This document shows positions 57,508 to 64,000 of a DNA stretch of 64,000 bases, piece after piece. The DNA is from Octopus vulgaris. Taxonomy: Eukaryota. The stretch spans positions 58,714,001 to 58,778,000 of the forward strand of contig OX597827.1 in NCBI GenBank assembly GCA_951406725.2, written 5' to 3'. The notes under the pieces are model-generated. The model did no database searches and was not told where the DNA came from. It saw only the letters and a program-made list of their open reading frames with translations. Position 1 is the first letter of the stretch. Each line of letters begins with the position of its first letter. Both the position numbers and the translations under genes were made by a program.

Positions 57508-57697
57508 AGAGAGAGAAAGAGAGAGAGAGGGAGAGAGAGAGAAAGAGAGAGAGGGAGAGAGAGAGATGGGTTCAAATATTTCGCAAACAGTTCAACTGGT
57601 CGTAAGCTTTAATGCTTCGTGCATCTATTCATACATATGAGTTTGAGTCAGTGTATTTATTTGTATGCGTATATGTATATATGTATGTGTGTATATA

Positions 57698-57753
<56 letters not shown>

Positions 57754-57953
57754 TGTTTATGCATAAATATATACATAAATATCTTTTGTGGTAAGTAGCT
57801 TGCTTACCAACCACAGGGTTCCGGATCCAGTCCCCCTGCGTGGCACCTTGGGTAGGTGTTTTCTACTATAGCATCGGGCCGACCATAGCCTTGTGAGTGG
57901 ATTTGGTAGACGGAAACTGAAAGAAGCTCGTCGTATACACACACACACATATA

Positions 57954-58020
<67 letters not shown>

Positions 58021-58303
58021 GTATATGTTTGTGTGTCTATGTTTGTGCCTCCACCATCACTTGACAACCGATGTTGGTGTGATTATGTCCCCATAAATTA
58101 GCTATTCGGCAAATCGGACGATAGGGCTAGTCTTACAAAGAATAAGTCCTGCGATCGATTTCTTTGACTAAAGGCGGTGCTCCAGCATGGCCACAATCAA
58201 ATAACTGAAATAAATAAAAGAATAAAAGAATATACATATGTTTTGCATTCTTGTCCCATTTTTGTATTTTATATATATATATGTATATATGTACATATAT
58301 ATA

Positions 58304-58412
<109 letters not shown>

Positions 58413-58427
58413 ATACTTTGATATGTA

Positions 58428-58920
58428 CTTTAATAGGTTTCGGCCATTATTGGCCCAGGCCATGTCTAACTTAATAGCACCACCTGGTGAAGTCTTTCAA
58501 GTCAGAATTTGGGCACTATGGCCCACTCAAGTAGAGAGTTATTGTTTACAGAGACATATCCGGGTGTAGGGGGTTTATACGGGATTTCTTGAAGGAATCT
58601 GTCCATAGACTTCTTGAACCCTATAGGGTCTGTTTCTGTTTTAATGTGTTTTGGTGTAATGTTAAAGAGAGCTGGGCCAATTGAGGTGAAATAATTGTGC
58701 CGTATTGTTGTTATGAGATGAGAGTGCGATTTTTGTTTTGGGCGGATGGCACGGGGCCCAAGCCTTGGATGTACCTTAAAGGTGATGCCAACATCATTTG
58801 GGCAATGCTGATGGAATATTTTTCACATCATGCAGATGATGTAGCTTTCACGGCGACGTTGGAGAGAATAAAGTTTTAGCTTTTCTAGTCGACCCCAATA
58901 GTCGAGGCCTGTCATGCCAT
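58428..58920 (-). mobile_element. CR1/L2-like LINE 3' end
   Basis: [28 protein letters not shown] peptide. Confidence 0.75.
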
Positions 58921-58964
58921 CTATATATATATATATATTGTATATATATATATGTGTGTATATA

Positions 58965-59008
<44 letters not shown>

Positions 59009-59074
59009 CATACATACATACATACATACATACAGACATACATATATATATATATATAAATATATATATACACA

Positions 59075-59151
<77 letters not shown>

Positions 59152-59157
<6 letters not shown>

Positions 59158-59350
59158 TATATAGAAGGAGCTTCTACAGGACTAGAACTGTTTCATTCAA
59201 GAGAAATCTTCAGAAATGCTTCCTGAAGATTTCTCTTGAATGAAACAGTTCTAGTCCTGTAGAAGCTCCTTCTATATAATAAATTAATTTTACTCTGCTA
59301 TGTATTGAGTACCTTATTTACTGTGGTTAACCCCGAATCAACCCGGGACC

Positions 59351-59354
<4 letters not shown>
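59152..59354 (+). mobile_element. Hammerhead-bearing fold-back element in (TA)n
   Basis: 59152-59213 is the reverse complement of 59223-59284; (TA)n on both sides. Confidence 0.85.
59218..59266 (+). ncRNA. Type I hammerhead ribozyme
   Basis: GCTTC-CTGAAGA-t TTC tctt GAA t-GAAA-CAG ttctagtc CTG-TA-GAAGC; 4-bp stem III, GUA triplet. Confidence 0.8.
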
Positions 59355-59395
<41 letters not shown>

Positions 59396-59579
59396 GTATA
59401 TATATACATATATAAACATGTAATATACAAATAAATATCTGTAAATATAAAACTATCCGAATTTCTGAGTACCTCATTTCTTCTAATATAAAATACCTGT
59501 ACATCATCTCCAAACCTTGCAATACATATATATGTATATACATATATACGCATATACATATATATGTATATACATATAT

Positions 59580-60826
59580 CTCTTCTTCCGTCTGTCTTGA
59601 TAGACAATGGGTCGCGCCAAGGGTGGGGCCTACTTTGATGATGAGCAGCGTCTGCTGTGACTGAACAGTCCAATTCTAGAGTGGCAGTCTGGTACAGTTG
59701 CTGCACACGAACATCGATGGGTACGTGTGGGGTGTTGCTGCAGTTGTCCTCCTCCTGTCCCGCCTGTCCGACCACAGCTGTGCTCTCCTTTCCTCAGCCA
59801 TGGAAACGCCTTTCCTCACTGTCCGACGCCAGGCAGAGCGGTCAGCAGCTGTTACCTCCCACGTGTCCACACAGATGTTGGCAGTCCTCAGATCGCGCTT
59901 GCACACATCCCTGTATCGTAGCTGTGGACGTCCCTTGGGTCGGGATCCCGTGGTGAGTTCGCTGTACAGGATGTCTTTAGGCATGCGACCGTCCTGCATG
60001 CGGCAGACGTATCCGAGCCAGCGCAGTCGTCTCCGCACGAGGAGGGCATGCATGCTTGGCATATTAGTCTGTTCTAGGATGACTCCGTTTGGTACTCGGT
60101 CCTTCCAGGAGATGCCAAGGATCCGTCGAAGACACCGCATGTGGAAGCCGCTGAGGCGGCATTCTTGCCGGGTGTATGTTGTCCAGCTCTCGCTGCCGTA
60201 GAGTAGGGTGCTCAGCACGCAGGCTCGGTACACTGCGATCTTGGTGGTTATTGTGAGCATGTTGTTTTCCTACACTCTCCTGGAGAGCTTAGCCATGGCA
60301 GCAGCAGCCTTCCCAATCCGTCTGTTCAGCTCCGGCTCGAGGGACAGGCTGCTGGAGACCGTCGATCCCAGGTAAGTGAACTCGTTCACCACCTGCAAGC
60401 TGTGGTCGCCGACACTGATGCTGGGGACCCCTCCGACGTCCTGGCCCATGATCTCTGTCTTTTTCAGGCCGATGGTAAGGCCGAACTCTTGGCAGGCATC
60501 CGCCAGGGAACTGACCAGCCTCTGGAGACCCGGCTGGTTGTGTGATGTTAGGGCGGCATCGGCAGCAAAGAGGATCTCTCTGATCAGCACCTGACGGACT
60601 TTGGTCTTAGCTCTGAGGCGCGCAAGATTGAACAATCCACCATCAGCCCTGGTGTGGAGGAACACTCCGTCGTCGGACGTTCTGAAGGCATAGGACAGGA
60701 CAAGGGAGAAGAAAATTCCGAAGAGCGTCGGCGCCAGAACGCAACCCTGTTTCACTCCACTCTGGATGGGGAACGACTCCGAGGGCGATCCGTCAAACTG
60801 CACTGTTCCCTGCATACCGTCGTAAA
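59580..60826 (-). mobile_element. 5'-truncated RTE-clade LINE (C-terminal half of reverse transcriptase plus terminal zinc finger), pseudogenised
   Basis: [21 protein letters not shown] (catalytic DD altered), FTYLGS, LLYGSESWT, RRLRWLGYVCRM. Stop at 60270-60272; frameshift in CSNC..CHSRIGLFSHSRRC. Confidence 0.95.
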
Positions 60827-60923
60827 TACCGTTTGTAAATATATATATATATATACAAAGCTATATATATGAATATATATATATATATATACATACATAT
60901 ATATATATATATACATACATATA

Positions 60924-60956
<33 letters not shown>

Positions 60957-61027
60957 GCATACATATATATATATATAAATATATATATATATAAATATAT
61001 ATATATATACAAACATACATATTTATC

Positions 61028-61063
<36 letters not shown>

Positions 61064-61104
61064 AACATACATATATATATCTATTTATCTATTTATCTAT
61101 CTAA

Positions 61105-61155
<51 letters not shown>

Positions 61156-61160
61156 CCTAC

Positions 61161-61232
<72 letters not shown>

Positions 61233-61743
61233 ATATATATATATATATATATATAACAAAATAATAAATAAAACATATGCATATATACATACATATATGT
61301 ACGTACCTACATCTATATGTATATATTCTTGCATTTATGGGTACAGGAGAGTGGCTGCATGGTAAGAAGCTTGTTCCCAACCACATGGTTCGGGTTCAGT
61401 CTCACTGCGTGGTTTCTTGGCTAGGTGTCTTCTACTGTAGCCTCACGCCGACCAAAGACTTGTAAGTGGATTTGGTAAATGGAAACTGAAAGAAGCCCAT
61501 CGTATATATATATATATATAATTTGAACAAAAAATGAATAGAAAAAATAACACTGGCAATATGCATGCATACCTATGCATATATGTATGTGTGTGTGCGT
61601 ATATATATATATGTACATGCATATATATATATATTTATATATATATATATATATATATATGCGTGTGTGTATGTATATATAAATGCACATACATACATAT
61701 ATGTATATATATATATATATTTAACACCACCCCACCATTTACT

Positions 61744-61809
<66 letters not shown>

Positions 61810-61810
61810 C

Positions 61811-62150
61811 AAATATTCTATAATTATAAACATAATTATAATTAGGGTTCAGCTAATTCTTTCACCACATACTGAATTTTGAAATAGGAGTTAAAATACC
61901 TCTTCTACTACTATAAGAATCTCCATGACGGTAACATACTTTTGGAATTTTAACTCCTATTTCTAAATTCGGTATGTGGTGAAGCAATTAGCTGAACTCT
62001 AATTATAATTATGTTTGTAATTATAAAATATTTCTATAATTTTACCTATAAAGGTTATTTTAACGTACCGATCTGTTTAGTGAAAATTATTAATTAATTG
62101 ATTGATTAATTAATTAATTTAATTGATAAATTTACCCTTCTATCATTAAT
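61811..62150. mobile_element. TA-flanked fold-back element, diverged relative of the 2872 element terminus
   Basis: 61811-61897 is inverted at 61945-62033; shares ccacatactgaa...gaaatag and aattaatt...tttaccct with 2880-3045. Confidence 0.75.
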
Positions 62151-62180
62151 ACGTATATGAATATGTGTACATATTAAATG

Positions 62181-62222
<42 letters not shown>

Positions 62223-62247
62223 GGTGTGTGTGTGTGTGTGTGTGTAT

Positions 62248-62289
<42 letters not shown>

Positions 62290-62375
62290 GTATATATATG
62301 TATATATGTATATATATGTATATATATATATGTATATATATGTATATATTATGTATATGTATATGTATGTATATG

Positions 62376-62449
<74 letters not shown>

Positions 62450-63814
62450 AATAAAATAGAACATATGCATATATATAAACATATATGTACGTACCTACCT
62501 CTACATGTACATATACACGCATATATGTGTACAGGACACCCAAAAGACGTCGAACACATAGAGAGACGAAAAACATAGACACAAACCAAGGAACAGGACA
62601 AGCAAAAAAGAAAAAAAGGAAAAAAAGAGATACAGGACAATAAGCACAACGAAAAATCCCCTTCTTCAGTCGCTAAGGTTTCATCTACTCTACGTTTCGA
62701 AGGATAAAAGTGAGACGTATACTTCGAAGAAACTTCCTTCCTGCGAAAAGCAAATCAATTAAAATTCTGAGATCTTTTCGCAGAGGGGTAAAAAATGGTA
62801 AAAAAAAGCAAGACGGTAACGACAGTACAAACATATAAACAGTAAAAAAAAATTATATATAAACAGTTAAAAATAAATATATAACAGTGAGAGACAGGAC
62901 AAGGAGAACAAGATAAGAAGGGCTGTTTACGCCAGACGAAAAAAGTAATGCAAACGCTGGATTATAGTGGACGACGAGAGAGAAAGAATGTCGACCAGTG
63001 GCCTTAGAAGGCGGGCGAGAAAAGACAGGATAGCAGTTACGACGGAAGTATCGTCGCAGATGGACGACGGGAATGGGGGAGGAGGAGCAAGAGGAAGAGA
63101 GAGAAGAAGGGGAATGGTGCGAGGAGACCATGAAGAATGGTGAGGGGGAGAGAGAGAATGAAGAATGAGAGAGAGAGAGGAAGAGACAAGTTAAGTGAGG
63201 GAAAAAGGACGAAAAAGGGAATGGGAGAGAAAGAAAGAAAGATGCAGAGTCGCGTGAGAGTTAATATCAAGGCTAACTTGATAAACAGAACAATCTTTAT
63301 ATATATATATATAAACACGACGGGCTTCTTTCAATTCCATTCTACCAAATCCACTCAGAAAGCTTTGTCTATTGTAGAAGATACTTGCCCAAGGTGCCAC
63401 GCAGTGGGTCTGGATCCAGAGCCATTTCCTTGGTATACATCCACTCCTGAGCCTATAGCCCACCTATATTGTTTACATCATAAAGAAGTCTTTACCTGTT
63501 GAACTCTCCAATAGAAAAAAACTGTAGAAAAGCGTATGTAAAGATCACCTCCGGTCATGAATAACCATGGAATTGCAAGTAGAAAGTTATCATCAGAAGC
63601 ACATGTCTGGGCAAGGTTGTTTAAGGAAGACCAGCAGTCGCCCATGCATATCAGCCTTCCCTCTCCATGCGACGAATCTTTTCCAAGAGAAAGGTAAAAG
63701 GTCGATACAGCTTGGCATCAGTGACGTCGCAACTAATTTCTACAGCTGAGTGAACTACATACACCTCAAGAACACAAGAACACTGAACAGTGTATATATA
63801 TATATATATATATA

Positions 63815-64000
63815 ACGGGAAGCTTTATGAAAATAGACAAAAGACGAAGGCAGGTTTACGGAAATAAACAAAAGACGAAGGCAGGTGGAATACAAACAAA
63901 CAATTGTATTAGTATGGCGCTCAGGAATATAAATAAAACAAGTCTTTAACGTTTCGAGCCTACGCTCTTCAACAGAAAGATACACAGAGAAGAAACACAG
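63815..64000 (-). mobile_element. Penelope-like repeat fragment with a variant hammerhead at 63943-63980
   Basis: Minus strand: TCTTT-CTGTTGA-a GAGC gtag GCTC-GAAA-CG-TT-AAAGA; ends at (TA)n. Confidence 0.6.

Noticed and set aside
59657-60594. Plus-strand ORFs over the RTE element
   Set aside because: Antisense shadows of a GC-rich reverse transcriptase coding sequence

Overview
Eukaryotic, AT-rich, extremely microsatellite-dense DNA whose SINE and repeat landscape looks like an octopus (cephalopod) genome; this species assignment is an inference. Most ORFs in the supplied track are microsatellite artefacts. The one credible host coding exon is at 31676-32156 (minus). It is a probable first coding exon of an eh1-motif (FSIDAIL) transcription factor, with good splice signals and no recognisable downstream exon in the remaining ~31 kb. 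The rest is transposon debris: about 20 copies of one tRNA-like SINE, other SINEs, a GC-rich RTE LINE, R4/Dong-type endonuclease fragments, CR1/L2-like 3' ends, mariner remnants and Helitron/Helentron-like elements. The most striking unannotated signal is a set of unrelated, short non-coding elements carrying type I hammerhead ribozyme motifs. Motifs with an intact catalytic core lie at ~3164/3551/4111, 17062, 38227, 39912 and 59218; variant or degenerate ones lie at 26662, 38904, 44797, 49390 and 63943. Many of these elements end in (TA)n. Two loci are longer-than-monomer tandems (560 bp and 352 bp periods). About ten loci, only some of which show a hammerhead, form head-to-head fold-backs. 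This fits non-autonomous Penelope-like/retrozyme elements copied from circular or multimeric RNA by twin priming. All structures were read by eye; no folding or database search was run.
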